A DNA stretch of 64,000 bases from Azolla caroliniana. Its lineage: Eukaryota; Plantae; Polypodiophyta. The translations under genes and the position numbers were made by a program. This document shows positions 48,867 through 62,500 of the stretch, one piece after another. The notes under the pieces are model-generated. The model did not search any database and was not told where the DNA came from. It was given only the letters and a program-made list of their open reading frames with translations. Where the stretch lies: contig JBHGNT010000016.1 in assembly GCA_043228905.1 (NCBI GenBank), positions 11,904,001-11,968,000 of the forward strand. The letters are read 5' to 3'. The number at the start of each line of letters is the position of its first letter. Position 1 is the first letter of the stretch.

Positions 48867-50850
48867 ACAATTGTGAAAACCAATTTCATGGATTCAAAGA
48901 AATTTGTTACTATAATTGATGCCATGTCCCAACTACATCGTCATCACAAGTTTCAATGTAGCCCATATGGTAGAGAGATTTAGCTCAAATATTTTCAATG
49001 TAGCCCATGTGGTAGAGAGATTTAGCTGAAACATGTCAGAAATTGATTCTTGGATATAGTGTGTTTTTCTAATTTTCTTGGCTCTATTGTATTTTTATAA
49101 AGAAAGATACAAACCAATTTTTCTAGTCATTCTATGTAGCATCTTTTCTTGTACAAACCCGGACTTGAACCGGAGACCTCTAGGGTGTAAGACTAGCGTG
49201 ATAACCAACTACACCATCTGGACATATTGACAATAAGTCGTAGCTTGGATCGATAAATAAAAGACTAATCTCAATGGAAATCCCACATGCTAATTTGAAA
49301 AGAATAAGGTAAAACATTATTGTTGTTGTAATAGACAAGATTATTTGTCCAAACCCAGACTCGAACCGAAGACCCCCCCAGTGTCTCAGCAGTGTCTGAG
49401 ACACTGACAGTGATAACCAACTACACCATCTGGACCACTTTATTATTAGTAATTTAAAGGTTTCACATGAATTTTTTAATTAGACCAATCGATTGGCATG
49501 TCACATTGACATTAACGTAACAAATTTGTATGTTTAACAAGGCGTAGTAACATTTACCTAAGTTATAGAAGTCTTTCTGACTACGTACTATTTAGATTGA
49601 AAAAGGTATCACGAATGGAAGCAAGAAATGAAGAAATCCTTTTGCTTTGCTTAATATATATGGAGAACTTGTAGTTAGTTTCACTCTATGCTTGAGTATA
49701 TATTGACATCACTACAATCAACCATACATGCAAAGAACAATAGCTATAATTTTGGTCAATCTAAATAGCACTTCTCTTGTCCAAACGTAGACTGTAACCG
49801 GAGACCTCTAATGTGTTAGAGTAGCATGAAAATCAACTAAACCATCTAAACATATCAACGATATCTATTTTTCACTCTTAATTAATCTTCATGCAATAAC
49901 GATTGAAAAATAGATGATTCTTAGATGAATTTCAAAATATCATTTATTAGTAAAAGAATAGTTCAAAACATGGAAATAAACCCGTACTCAAACCGAAGAC
50001 CTTTAGACTCCAAGTCTAGCGAGATAACCAACTACACTATCTAGATGCAATTGTGAAGCGATGTCAAAACTACATGAGTATCACGAGTTTCAATGTATCC
50101 CATGTGGCAGTGGCATTTAGCTCAAACAAGTCTATAGAAAGAAACATAAAGCCGTAATTGACAGTAGAAATGAACACATCCATTTTCATGGCTTATGGTT
50201 CATACATTAGTTCCACTTAGTTTTACTCAATATACTCTACTTCCATAAGAAGAAAGATACCAATTCTTCTACTCATTCTATGTAACATATTTTGTTGGCC
50301 AAACACGGGCTCCAACTGAAGACCTCTACTGTGTAAGACTACCGTGATAACCAACTACACTATTTGGACACAATTGTGAAAACCAATTTCATGGATTCAA
50401 ATAAATTTGTTACTATAATTGATGCCATGTCCCAACTACATCGTCATCACGAGTTTCAATGTAGCCCATATGGTAGAAAGATTTAGCTCAAATATTTTCA
50501 ATGTAGCCCATATGGTAGAGAGATTTAGCTCAAATATTTTCAATGTAGCCCATGTAGTAGAGAGACTTGGCTGAAACATGTCAGAAAGAAATAGCAATAT
50601 TTGACGCACAAATGTACACGTTGATTCTTGGATATAGTGTATTTTTCTAATTTTCTTGGCTCTATTGTATTTTTATAAAGAAAGATAGCAATTTTTCTAA
50701 TCATTCTATGTAGCATCTTTTCTTGTACAAACCCGGACTTGAACCGGAGACCTCTAGGGTGTAAGACTAGCGTGATAACCAACTACACTATCTGGACATA
50801 TTAATAATAAGTCATAGCTTGGATCGATAAATAAAAGACTAATCTCAATG

Positions 50851-53800
50851 GACAACAACATGGGGAGTTAGTATTACGGGTACAACAACTCGATGCAGCG
50901 TTGCAACAACAAGGATCAAGTCCCCAAGGATTTCATAAAGAGCCCAAGATTGGACTTCCTGTGAAATTTGATGGAACGCGAGCGCAATTCCGAGGATTCC
51001 TTAATCAGGTACGCTTAGTCATCTAGATGCATCCTTCCCGATATCCCACTGATGCATCTCGAGTTGGCCTAATAGGCACGTTACTTAGCGGCTCAGCTTT
51101 GGCATGGTTCGCTCCGCTTCTAGAAAAACAATCACCCTTGCTTAATAACTTTGAAGATTTTATTGGTGAGTTTAAAGCCTGCTTTGGAGATACCGACAGC
51201 ATCAGGACGGCGTTCAACAAGATCCAAAGATTGCGTCAAGGCGATCGTCCAGCCTCTGCCTACACGGCGGATTTTTGTCTACTCGCCTCAGATATTCCCT
51301 GGGATGATTAGGCCCTCATGGAGCAGTTTTGCTACGGCTTGCGCAATGATGTCAAAGATCTGCTTTTAACCTTCCCCGAAGAACCAAAGTCCCTTACGGA
51401 GGCAATCTGTCGAGCGGTCCGATGCGACAACCGCCTTTTCGAACGGCGTTCGGAGCGTCAATTACAAATACCACGCTCTCGGTCGGAACCCACATACGCC
51501 TCAGTCACGGCTAAATCGTTTGCACACGATGTACCTCAATCCAATATTCCGACACCGATGGAGATCGACACCATGCGTCAACGCGGCCCGTTATCGGAAG
51601 AAGAAAAGCAATGACGACGTTCCAATCGATTATGCCTTTATTGAGGTGGACCAGGGCATATCGCCATCAATTGTCCCCATAGGCCAAGAAGACAGGTAAA
51701 TCAAATTGTCGCCTGTACTAAACCCGAGTCAATTCTTCCCTTTGGAGTGTCTGATAGTATTAATAGTACTAATAGAGTGTCAGATAGTATTCATAGTACT
51801 AATAGCCCAAGTATATCAAACAAATTTGAAATCCTTAGTCAATTAGATGAAGAGTTAAACGATTGAGTCCAGCCAAAATAGGAGCCGTTTGGTTGGACAG
51901 CAGCCCTAGATCTGTACAACCCATTAGTGGTTCCATTCCTTCCAAGCAAGTTAGCAATGTGTTCCTAGCCCAAGTCATTGTTAGTACTAAAAGTACTCCC
52001 CCAGTACCCGTCCTAGCACTCTTAGATTTCGGAGCTAATTCCTGTTTCATGGATTGAAATTTTGCCCAAGCTTCTCAGATATCCCTAAGAAAACTTCCTT
52101 TTCCCGCATCTGTAGTAGTCATTGATGGTCGTCCCATTGCTTCTAGGAATATTGTAGAAGAATCAGAACCCATTCAAGTTGTCCTAGGTAGTTTTGTGTG
52201 TAATATCATTTAATATAATTAGTAGTCCAGAGCATCCCATTGTCCTAGGATTACCTTGGTTTGAATTACATAATCCAGCGATAGATTGGAGAACAAGATA
52301 AGTCTGATATCGACCACCCCAAGAATCTACTCACCGAGTTTCGACCATTTCACTCCATCAATTACGCGAAGAAGGACACAAGGAGGCAATGTTCCTATTT
52401 GCAATATCAGTACATCCTTCCAACACTATTAAGAAGGACTCCTCAGTACAACTTCCGGCAAAATATCATCCTTATGCCGATGTATTTGACAAGGTAAAAG
52501 CCGGTACCCTTCCTCATTACCGTCCCTATGACTGTCCCATTGATTTACAACCAGGAACTGAGACACCATGGGGACCAATTTACAACTTGTCACCCACCGA
52601 GTTAGAAGTCCTTCGAGCCTACATAGAGGAGAACTTGGCAAGCGGGTTCATCCATCATTCGAAATCTCCGGCCGGTGCACCTATCTTCTTTGCCAAGAAG
52701 AAAGATGGCTCACTTCGTCTCGTCGTTGATTACCGCAGATTGAATAAGGTCACCATCCGGAATAGGTATGCACTTCCTCTTATATCAAGTCTTTTAGAGA
52801 GAGTTAATGGTGCCAAGTTTTTTACCAAAATCGATCTACGAGGAACGTATAACCTCGTGCAGATCCGACCGGGAGATGAATGGAAGACCGCCTTTCGCAC
52901 GGGGTATGGGCATTTCGAGTATACTGTTATGCCGTTCGGCCTAACCAATGCACCCGCAGTCTTCCAACACATGGCAAATGATATATTCAAAGACCTCTTG
53001 GATATCTGTTTGATCATCTATCTTGATGATCTATTGATTTATTCGAAGACCCAGCAAGAGCACGATTCTCATGTACTATTAGTACTAAAGCGACTCCATG
53101 AGAATGGTCTTTATGCCAAGCTAGAAAAATGTAGCTTTGACTGCAAGCAAGTGGAATTTCTAGGCTACGTCATCTCCTCAAAGGGCATCGCCATGGATCC
53201 AGCTAAAGTCAAAACTGTACTAGAGTGGCAAATTCCACGATTGGTACGAGATGTACAATGTTTTCTAGGTTTTGCTAACTTCTACCGTAAGTTTATACAG
53301 GATTACTCGAAGATTATCTTACCCCTCACACAACTTACGAAGAAGGGCCAAGCATTTCTTTGGTCCATTGAAGTAGATATGGCTTTTCGGCATCTTAAGA
53401 AAGCCTTTACATCAGCACCGATTCTAGCTCATGTGGATACTAGCAAACCATTCATCATGGAGGCCGATGCTTCAGATTTCGCCCTCGGTAGCATCCTTTC
53501 TCAACAAGGAGATAAAGAAGAGTTGCATCCGGTGGCTTTCCATTCGCGCAAATTCGATGTTGCGGAAATCAACTACGAAATACATGACAAGGAGTTATTA
53601 GCCATCGTGGATTCATTTGTGCAATGGCGGCATTTCTTAGAGGGCTCTCCACATCAGGTCGTTGTCTTTAGTGATCATAAAAATCTTGCTTATTTCTAGA
53701 ATGCTCGTGTACTAAATCGACGGCAAGCTCGGTGGGCGCAATTCCTCACGCGTTTCAACTTCAAAATCACATATCGACCGGGGAAGCAGCAAGGAAAAGC

Positions 53801-55897
53801 AGATGCACTATCACGGCGTTCATATCTTGCACCTCGTCCTGGTGATCCAAAATTTGATAATCAAAAGCAAGTAATCTTGGGACCAACACGATTGCACACG
53901 ACGCGGATTTTTTACACCCCGATGGATTCACGGATTACCGATGACATAGGTGCAAACTTGAAGACGGATAGTTTTGCTCAAAACATCCTGGTGCACATTG
54001 ATACTTCTCGGGCATCCTGTTCTCAGTCTCAACAACCAGGTATTGACTACCGACAATTCGAATATCATGATGGTTTTCTATTCTTTAAAAAGCGCGTATA
54101 TGTCCCAGATTGCTCCTATCGCCTTCAAATCGTCCAGCATTGTCACGACACCCATATGGCGGGACATTTCGGTAGTACTAAGACGTTGGAGCTAGTGCAA
54201 CAATCTTTCTGGTGGCCCCACATGCGCCGTTTTGTCGATGACTACGTTCGGACCTCTGATGCTTGCTGCCGAGCAAAGATGCCACGACACCATCCATATG
54301 GCTTGTTGGAACCCTTATCGATTCCAAGTAAGCCGTGGCAGTCTATTTGTGTTGATTTTATCATAGATCTGCCGGTCTCGCGGGGGTTCGATGCTATCTT
54401 AACCGTCGTCAATCGATATACAAAGATGGCACATTTTGTTCCTTGTACTAAGGCCATCACTAGCGAGGAAACCGCCGCCCTAGTCATGCATGAGGTATTT
54501 CGGCATCATGGCCTCCCAGACAGTATCATCAGTGACCGAGGACCGCAATTTGTCTCCAAATTTTGGCAATATCTCTTCAAGATGCTCAAGGTCTCTTGCA
54601 ACCTCTCCTCTGGCTACCATCCTCAGACCAATGGGCAGGCAGAACGAACAAACCAAACGCTGGAGCAATATCTCCGGTGTTTCCTGAGTTATCAACAGGA
54701 CGATTGTGCCGAGATTCTCCACTTTGCGGAGTTTGCGTATAATAATGTTGTTCACTCCTCGACTCGAGTCTCCCCATTCTACGCTTATACCGGTTCTCAT
54801 CCTCGTTGGTCGGTGATCGACACCCCGGAGCTACCTACCAATCCTCGTGCCGGGGATCATTTGGAGAGACTACGCAAGATCCAGACAGATCTCTCGACTC
54901 ATCTTCGTCATGCTCAACAGACATAGAAGACTTACGCGGATCGTCATCGGCTTCCCTCCTCTTTTGCCATCAGAGATAAAGTATGGCTCTTACGTCGTCA
55001 CATCAAGACTACTCGACCGTGCGACAAGATGGATTATCGACGACTCGGTCCTTTCCTTATTACGGGTAAAGTTAATGATGTCACATTCCGCCTTGATCTC
55101 CCTCCGCAGGTTCAGATACATCCGGTTTTCCATTGTTCTCTTCTTGAACCTTATAAAGCAAACACCATTCCCGATCGTGTTACACCACCGCCGCCCCCGC
55201 TGGAGTTGGACGTCGGCCCGGAGTATGAAGTTGCTACCATCCTCGATTCCAAACTTATTCGCAACAAACTTTATTATTTGGTCGATTGGGTTGGTTATAG
55301 TCCGAGCGAACACACTTGGGAACCCGTAGAGCATGTTGCCAATGCTCAGGATCTGCTTGCTGATTTCCACCGAAAGTATCCAGACAAACCCGGTCCGCAA
55401 TCAGCGCCGACTCGTTCCACTCGTCGTCTTTAAGGGGGAGATAGTGTCATGATATGGCAAGACTCGAACCCATGACCTTATGGTATATGGGTCGAGCTCT
55501 TAACCATCACACCATCTATTGTAATTCATAGGATATTATTTTCATTTATGTTTTATTATAAGAAAGTAATGTATATTCCAGATTTCTCTAGAACATTCTA
55601 GAAGTTTCAGGATTACTCCTGACAACACTATAAAAGAAGGCACTAGGCATTATGTTGAACAAAATTGGTTCAACGCCACTCTTAAGCCTCTCAGCCGCTT
55701 TGTACTTATCTTTTCACATAATATATTAGTTGCTGTCATCATCTTTCTCTCTCTCTCATCCTCGCTATCTCTCTCTCTCTCTCTCTCCTCTTCTCACTTC
55801 CTCTCTCGGGAATCTTACGCAGTCTCGTCCTCTTAGTACTAATAGTACTGCTCTTCTTAGTACTAATTCCATCTCTGCTTTAGTACTATTCCTGACA
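50851..55897 (+). mobile_element. Chromovirus (Tf1/sushi/Tcn1-like Ty3/Gypsy), 5'-truncated, with 3' LTR
   Basis: PEG10-like gag (PVKFDGTR, PTPMEID), protease ALLDFGANSCF, RT YLDD + RNase H (52389-53699), INT (53877-54926), chromodomain EYEVATILDS...YLVDWVGYSPSEHTWEP (to 55433), PPT, LTR 55445-55897 (TGTCA...TGACA). Confidence 0.93.
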
Positions 55898-55904
55898 TAG
55901 AGTG

Positions 55905-56500
55905 TCTTGGTTTAATGTGCCCGACCCACGACCAAGCTCCCCTTGCAGAACTTCATGATACCGTTCCAGATGCTACCCATGTAGCCTTCATCATCCAACT
56001 GTCTGGTTGATATCAGGTTCAATCGAACCTCCGGAACGTGTCGAACATCTCTCAACACAAGTCTGCAGCTAGTTGACGTCACCAAACACATGTTTCTAAT
56101 GCCGACGATTCGGCATGCTCCTTCATTTCTCATCTTTAGAGATCCAAGATCTCTAGCTCTGTAAGATGAGAAGCATTTCCAGCTGGGAGTTAGGTGAAAC
56201 GATGCACCCGAATCGATCACCCATGCCGATTCATCGCCAACAAGGTTTGATTCATTTTTCTCACTAATGAGCAGCAACTCCTCTTCACTTGTCACGATTG
56301 CCGAGGTGTTCTTGCTTTCCGAAATCCTTTTCGGTTGCACACCTTCGGCTCCCCCTTTTTCCTTTTGGAAATGTCTGTAGTTCTTCTGGAAGTGCCTTGA
56401 CCTCCCACAATAGAAGCACGTGGGCCTCCCTGTTGACTTTGACCTGGTCCCCAACTTATCTCGATTCTAGAAACTTTGATTTAGGCCTTTTAATCTGTAT
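55905..56500 (-). pseudogene. Copia gag zinc knuckle/protease fragment
   Basis: CFYCGRSRHF, WVIDSGASFHLTP, LRDVRHVPEVRLNLIS. Confidence 0.85.
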
Positions 56501-57329
56501 AGGACTCTCGGTCCTTCCGCCGAGTATCTTCATTCAGCAAGCTCGAATTCACCTACTCTAGGGATAGGTGTTTCCCTTCCAGTTTTCCTTGTTAATATAG
56601 TTTTCTGTTTTCCCTGTCTCTCTCTCTTTCTACACATACACACACACAAATAAATACACAGTTCTTCCACTGCACAAAATCCATCCGATTCTTTACACAC
56701 ATTGCTCGTATTCTTCGATGACAATGTATAAAGCGATAGAGTTGATCGGATTCACTTTGTTGACTTGCAATTTCAATTCGATGACTTTATCCATTTCCCC
56801 AAGAGTATCATGAAATGATATTATCTCCATGAACCCGTTCATTGTCTCTTCCTCATCCATAATCCCAATTTCTCTAAGTTGTTCCTCTAGGGTTTCTATT
56901 TTAATATCTCCTCCCTTAATGTTTCTAAATTTACACATCCCGGTTTTAGAAAACAAGACTTCCTTTTCATTAATGGGGTGACAACTTTTATTACATTGAA
57001 TTGGGGACATAGTTAGATGTCCCGAACTATTGTTGTCCCTCTCCCTAATAGCCCAAATTAAAAATCCTCCCTAGATTTTTCTAGTAAGCTATGCCTATTT
57101 CTTTCATGGTTCGATCGCACAGTGAGGAATTGAACCAAGCTTGTCCCATCATGACTTCATATCCCCGCATATACCAAACCATTATCAAGTACTTTTGTCT
57201 CCATCCAGGATGTTGTAATGTAGGGCTCGCCAAGGATGACAGGATGTGACGCGAACTCTTGCACAAAGAAGTGTTAGTCATGTTCAACGTCACCAGTAGT
57301 TACCTTAACATTAGGGTAGGCCCCATGAA

Positions 57330-58185
57330 ACTCTTTCGTTGCCCTTATTGCCATTCGAATCTTCCACCCATGTCTAGTATTAATGGGCCAACAACCTTTC
57401 TAGTAGAAGTCAAGAGACATGAGGTTGATCTCCGAGCCATGATCAATCAGCACCACCTCCGGATCTTTCAAGTCTCCCATCCACACCGGTGTCTCAGTTG
57501 TGGCTCTGGCCCAATTTGGACTCACAAAATGGCTATCCACAAATTCTTGTTCAACTTTGAGACCTTCCGTTGTGATAGCCCTCGTTGAGACATTTGCCGG
57601 TCTGGCTCCTTCTTCAGTTGTCAACGGTCATCAGTCTCTTCCTTCTTTGCAACTCCCAGGATCTCCCATAGTGTGAACTCAATTTAGCTATCCAGGATCC
57701 TTTCTATCATCACACGCTTAAGGTCGGTGGATTGCTCTATTTCTGATCGCAGCTTGAATGTTGGACTTGTTTTTTCTTTCCATTTTTCAAACATCGTCCG
57801 AGATAGTGATGACTCTTCTCTTCTTCGAATAGCTTCCCTTGTTTCATGATTCTTTGATGAGCCTACTTGGACATTTGGTCTTTTTCATTTCTCTTCAATA
57901 AGGATGTCGTAGTTTTGACACATGGCATCCACGAACCTACTCTTCTCCTCCACGGGGTCCTCCCATCCTGTCATTGCTTGGACCCTTTGTTTCGATTTGA
58001 ATGCCTCGTTCATGCAAAGCTTCCCTTTCCCAACTTGGTTCAATATAATCAGCCAAAATTCTTCTACTTGAGACTCTCGGGCTCTCGTCTCGTGTCCAAC
58101 TCAAATTTCGGTGGATGAGGAATAGTAAACACTATTCACTTTGTTTTCTTCCAATTCCTCCAACAACTTCTTCATACCTCCTTGA
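57330..58185 (-). pseudogene. Gypsy gag/protease fragment related to 4912-6000
   Basis: SHFVSPNWARATTETP...LIDHGSEINLMS, homologous to the first Gypsy element. Confidence 0.75.
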
Positions 58186-58379
58186 CTGTCACGGATGGGT
58201 AGGCCAGGATATGGATAAATAGGCGAGCTAAATATTAAGAGAGGGTGAAAGATAGATATATATATAGAGAGAGAGCATAGACAAGAGAAGAAGAGAGAGA
58301 GAAGGTATACAAAAGAGCAAGAACTAAATTATGCTTTCGTAACTGGTGTTGTTCACCTTGATTGTAATCAAGGTGCACC

Positions 58380-58700
58380 GAGCGAGAAGGATGGTAGATT
58401 TTGAGGAGAGAAACGTGAAAAACATTGTGAATCCTGAATGTTGGAGGAAGTGCTAACTGGAATGCGACTGGGTTGATCTGCTCGGTGATATGAAAAAGGT
58501 CTAGTCTTTTGTAGTCCAATTTTGCACAAGGACGTGTGGTGGCGATGTGGTGACGTAACAACCAAATCATGTCCCTGACTACAAATGTCAGTGCAACCAA
58601 GCAATGTTGGTCCACTTGAACTTTATACTGGTCGCTAGCTGTTACAGGCATGACCATATAATATCCCGTGGTGAGAATTTACCGTAGTATTCTATACACA
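58380..58700 (-). pseudogene. Chromovirus integrase C-terminal fragment
   Basis: TTRPCAKLDYKRL...LPPTFRIHNVFHVSLLK. Confidence 0.75.
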
Positions 58701-59229
58701 TGGATAAGTGTGAGGGTTGAACGAGAGTGTAAAGAAAGGGAGGATTACTTTTAATCCTCGGGATTGAGACAACCCATTAGACCAAGTGTGAACTTGCATG
58801 GGGGCCTTGGGTATTGCTCTAAATAAGACGCCTAGCTACGTCATTTCTTCATCTTTTGACTACGTCGAGACTTTGTTTCGTGGTGGTTCAAATCTTGTAG
58901 CGAGCGTGCCAGCACCAGGTACGATTCGACGCCACGACGGTGGTATAGGACGCCCATCGAGGCTCGAGTCCGTCTCGATCCCTTCGCTTGAGGGTGGTCG
59001 GGTGGATCGGCACCCTTCTTTCTATCTATCTTTTTTCTTTCCTTATCATACACTTAGATTAGATCATATCTCTAATAGTTGGTTTCAGAGCTCATGTTCT
59101 AATGTTCCTTTTGTCTTCTTGATTGATGTTGATCGATCGATGTGCGGTCAGCCTTGATCCAGACAGTGATCAACAAAGGAACTTCGGTAATCTTTCTTGT
59201 TTTTTTTTTTCTATTTTTTCTTTTCCCTT

Positions 59230-59528
59230 TGTCATGATATGGCAAGACTCGAACCCATGACCTTATGTTACATGGGTCCATGAGGCTATGTATTGTAATA
59301 GGCTATGTATTGTAATACGAAGGATATTATTTTCATTTAAAATTTACTATAGAAAATTGATGTATATTCCAGATTTCTCTGGAACATTCTAGAAACTTCA
59401 AGAGTACTCCTGAGAACACTATAAAAGGAGGCACAAGGCATTATTTCGAACCAAATCGGTTCAACACCAGTCTTAAGCCTCCTAGCTACTATTGTATATT
59501 CCCTTAACATAATATATCTTTTATTATC

Positions 59529-59559
<31 letters not shown>

Positions 59560-62500
59560 ACTCACTCTTTCCTTCCCTCGAGAGTTCTACACCTCCCTTA
59601 GTACTAATCCTCATCTTTTAGTACTAATTCCTTCTCTGTTTTAGTACTGTTCCTGACAGTACTTCTCTATCTTAGTACTGCTCCTGACAGTTTGAACCGA
59701 ATTCCCTCTCCTTCCCTCTCTTCCTTTATCTTCTTACTTCTCCCTCCCTTCATACCAATCTCTTATTCCTCTTTTCTCTCATACTATGGCCACTGTTAGC
59801 GCTCAAGAATATCAATCCGTTTTTTCAGAGTTGCAATGCTTGAAAGAGAAGTTTCTTGCATTGGAACAAGAAAATCAACGACTGTTGGGGGAGCTTCAAC
59901 AAATCTCCTTAGAGAAGTAGTAGACGCAACAACACTGGGAACTAGCGTTATGTGTGCAATAGCTCGAAGCAACCATAGTAGCAATGCAACAACAAGGACC
60001 CAGTACGCAAGGAGTTCATAAAGAACCCATGATCGGCCTTCCCATGAAATTCGATGGAACGCGATCGCAGTTTAGAGGATTCCTTAATCAGGTACGATTA
60101 GTCATTCAAATGCATCCTTCTCGATATCCCACCGATGCATCATGAGTGGGACTAGTAGGCACTCTACTTAGTGGCACGGGTTTGGCATGGTTTCACCCCC
60201 CTGTTAGGAAAAAGCTCTCCCTTGTTAAATAATTTCAAAGAGTTTATTACAGAGTTTAATTTAAAGCTTTTTTTGGAGATACCGACAGCGTTAGAACATC
60301 AATCAACAAAATCCAAAGATTGCGCCAATGTGAGCGGTCGGCCTCGGCTTATGCTACAGATTTCTGTCTTCTCACCGCCGATATTCCCTGGGATGACCAG
60401 GCACTAATGGAGCAATTTCGTTTTGGCCTACGTAATGATGTTAAAGATTTACTCTTAACTTTCCCCGAGGAGCCAAAGTCATTGACAGAAGCAATCACTT
60501 GTGCGGTGCGATGCGATAATCACCTCTTCGAATGACATTCAGAACGTCAGTTTCAAATGCCAAGGACAAGATCGGAGCCCACCTATGCTTCAATTGTCGC
60601 AAAGCCTTTCCCAAGGGAGTAATTCAATACGTCTTCAACAAATACTCCGACTCCAATGGAAATCGACACCACACGTCGTTGCGGACCACTATCGGAAGAA
60701 GAAAAGCAACGACGTAGGGAAAATCGATTATGTCTTTATTGTGGTGGACCGGGGCATATTGCAGTGAACTGCCCCCATCGGCCGAAAAGGCGGGTAAATC
60801 AAATAACCGCTAGTACTAATAGTACTAAACCCGAGTCTATTTATCTAGGTGTGTCTGATAGTCCTAATAGCCCAAGCCTTTCAAACAAATTTGAAATCCT
60901 TAGTCAACTAGAAGACGAGTTAAACAATTAAGTCCAGCCAAAATAGGAGCCGTTTGGTTGGACAACCCTAGATCTGTGCAGCCCATTAGTGGTTCCATTT
61001 CCTCTAAGCAAGTTAGCAATGTGTTCTTAGCTCAAGTAATGGTTAGTACTAAAAGTACTCCTCCAGTACATGTCTTAGCACTCTTAGATTCTAGAGCCAA
61101 CTCTTGCTTCATGGATAGGAATTTTGCCCAAGCTCATCAGATATCCCTCAAAAAACTCCTGTGTCCAGGCTCTGTAGTAGTCATTGATGGTCATCCCATT
61201 GCTTCTGGAAGTATTATAGAAGAGTCAACACTCGTTAATATTGTCCTAGATAACTTAGCATGTGTAGTATCATTTAATATAATTAGCATCCCAGAACATC
61301 CCATTGTCTTGGGATTACCATGGTTCAAATTACGTAACCCAGCCATAGATTGGAGAAGAAGAGAAATACGGTGTTGACAAACCCGAGGATCTACTCATAA
61401 GATTGCAACCATTTCGCTACATTAGTTGCGTGAGGAAGGACGCAAGGAAGAAATGTTTCTCTTCGCAATATCAATAAACCCCTCCAGTATCAATAAAGAG
61501 GAGTCCAACATTCAACTTCCAAAGAAGTATCGTCATTATGCCGATGTGTTCAATAAAGTACGAGCCAATACGCGTCCTCACCATCGACCGTATCATTGCC
61601 CCATCGATTTACAACCGGGAAAAGAGCCACCATGGGGACCAATCTACAATTTGTCACCAACCGAGCTAGAAGTCCTTCGAGCCTATATAGAGGAGAATTT
61701 GGCAAATGGTTTCATTCGACATTCGAAATCTCCAGTCAGCGCACCCATTTTCTTTGTCGAGAAAAAGGATGGATCACTTCGTCTCATTGTAGATTACGTG
61801 GATTGAATAAAGTCACAATCAGGAATAGGTATGCACTTCCCCTTATCTCAAGTCTTTTAGAACGGATCAATGGTGCAAGGTTCTTCACAAAGATCGACTT
61901 ACAAGGAGCATACAACCTCGTAAGGATCCGACAAGAAGATGAATGGAAGACTGTGTTTCGCACTAGAATGGGCATTTCGAGTATACGGTCATGCCATTCG
62001 GCCTGACTAATGCGCCAACAGTCTTTTAGCACATGGCAAATGATATATTCTGAGATCTCTTGGATGATTTTTTTATCATCTATTTGGATGATCTACTAGT
62101 TTATTGGAAGACCCAAGAAGAGCATGATTCTCATGTAGTATTAGTACTAAAACGACTCCAAGAACATGGTCTTTATGCAAAGCTGGAAAAATGTAGTTTC
62201 GGGTGCAACCAAGTAGAATTTTTGGGTTATGTCATTTCCTCGGAAGGCATCTCCATGGATCCACCTAAGGTCAAAACAATGGTAGAGTGGCAAACTCCGT
62301 GTTCATTGCGAGATGTGCAATGCCTTTTAGGCTTTGCCAATTTTTACCGTAAGTTCATACAGGATTACTCAAATCTTGTTCTGCCTCTCACACAACTTAC
62401 CAGGAAAGGACAATCGTTCGTTTGGTCTGAAGAAGTGGACATGGCTTTTGAGATTCTTAAGAAGGCATTTACATCAGCTCCTTTTTAACCTCATGTTCAT

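Larger units (their letters stand above)
36574..50850 (-). repeat. Degenerate ~1.5-kb higher-order tandem array of tRNA-Val-like (pseudo)genes, about 5 per unit, interrupted by Copia insertions
   Basis: At least 20 copies resembling GTCYAGATGGTGTAGTTGGTTATCACGCTAGTCT(C/A/T)ACACACTAGAGGTCTCCGGTTCRAGTCCGGGTTTGGACA, e.g. 36929-37002, 37272-37345, 37590-37663, 38218-38291, 40504-40577, 41816-41889, 42012-42085, 48793-48866, 49150-49223, 50724-50797. Marker gatcgataaataaaagac recurs at ~40406, 41915, 49248, 50822. Confidence 0.85.

Noticed and set aside
36574-50850. Functional tRNA gene cluster
   Set aside because: Most copies have stem mismatches or indels and lack oligo-T terminators; function of a few copies cannot be excluded.
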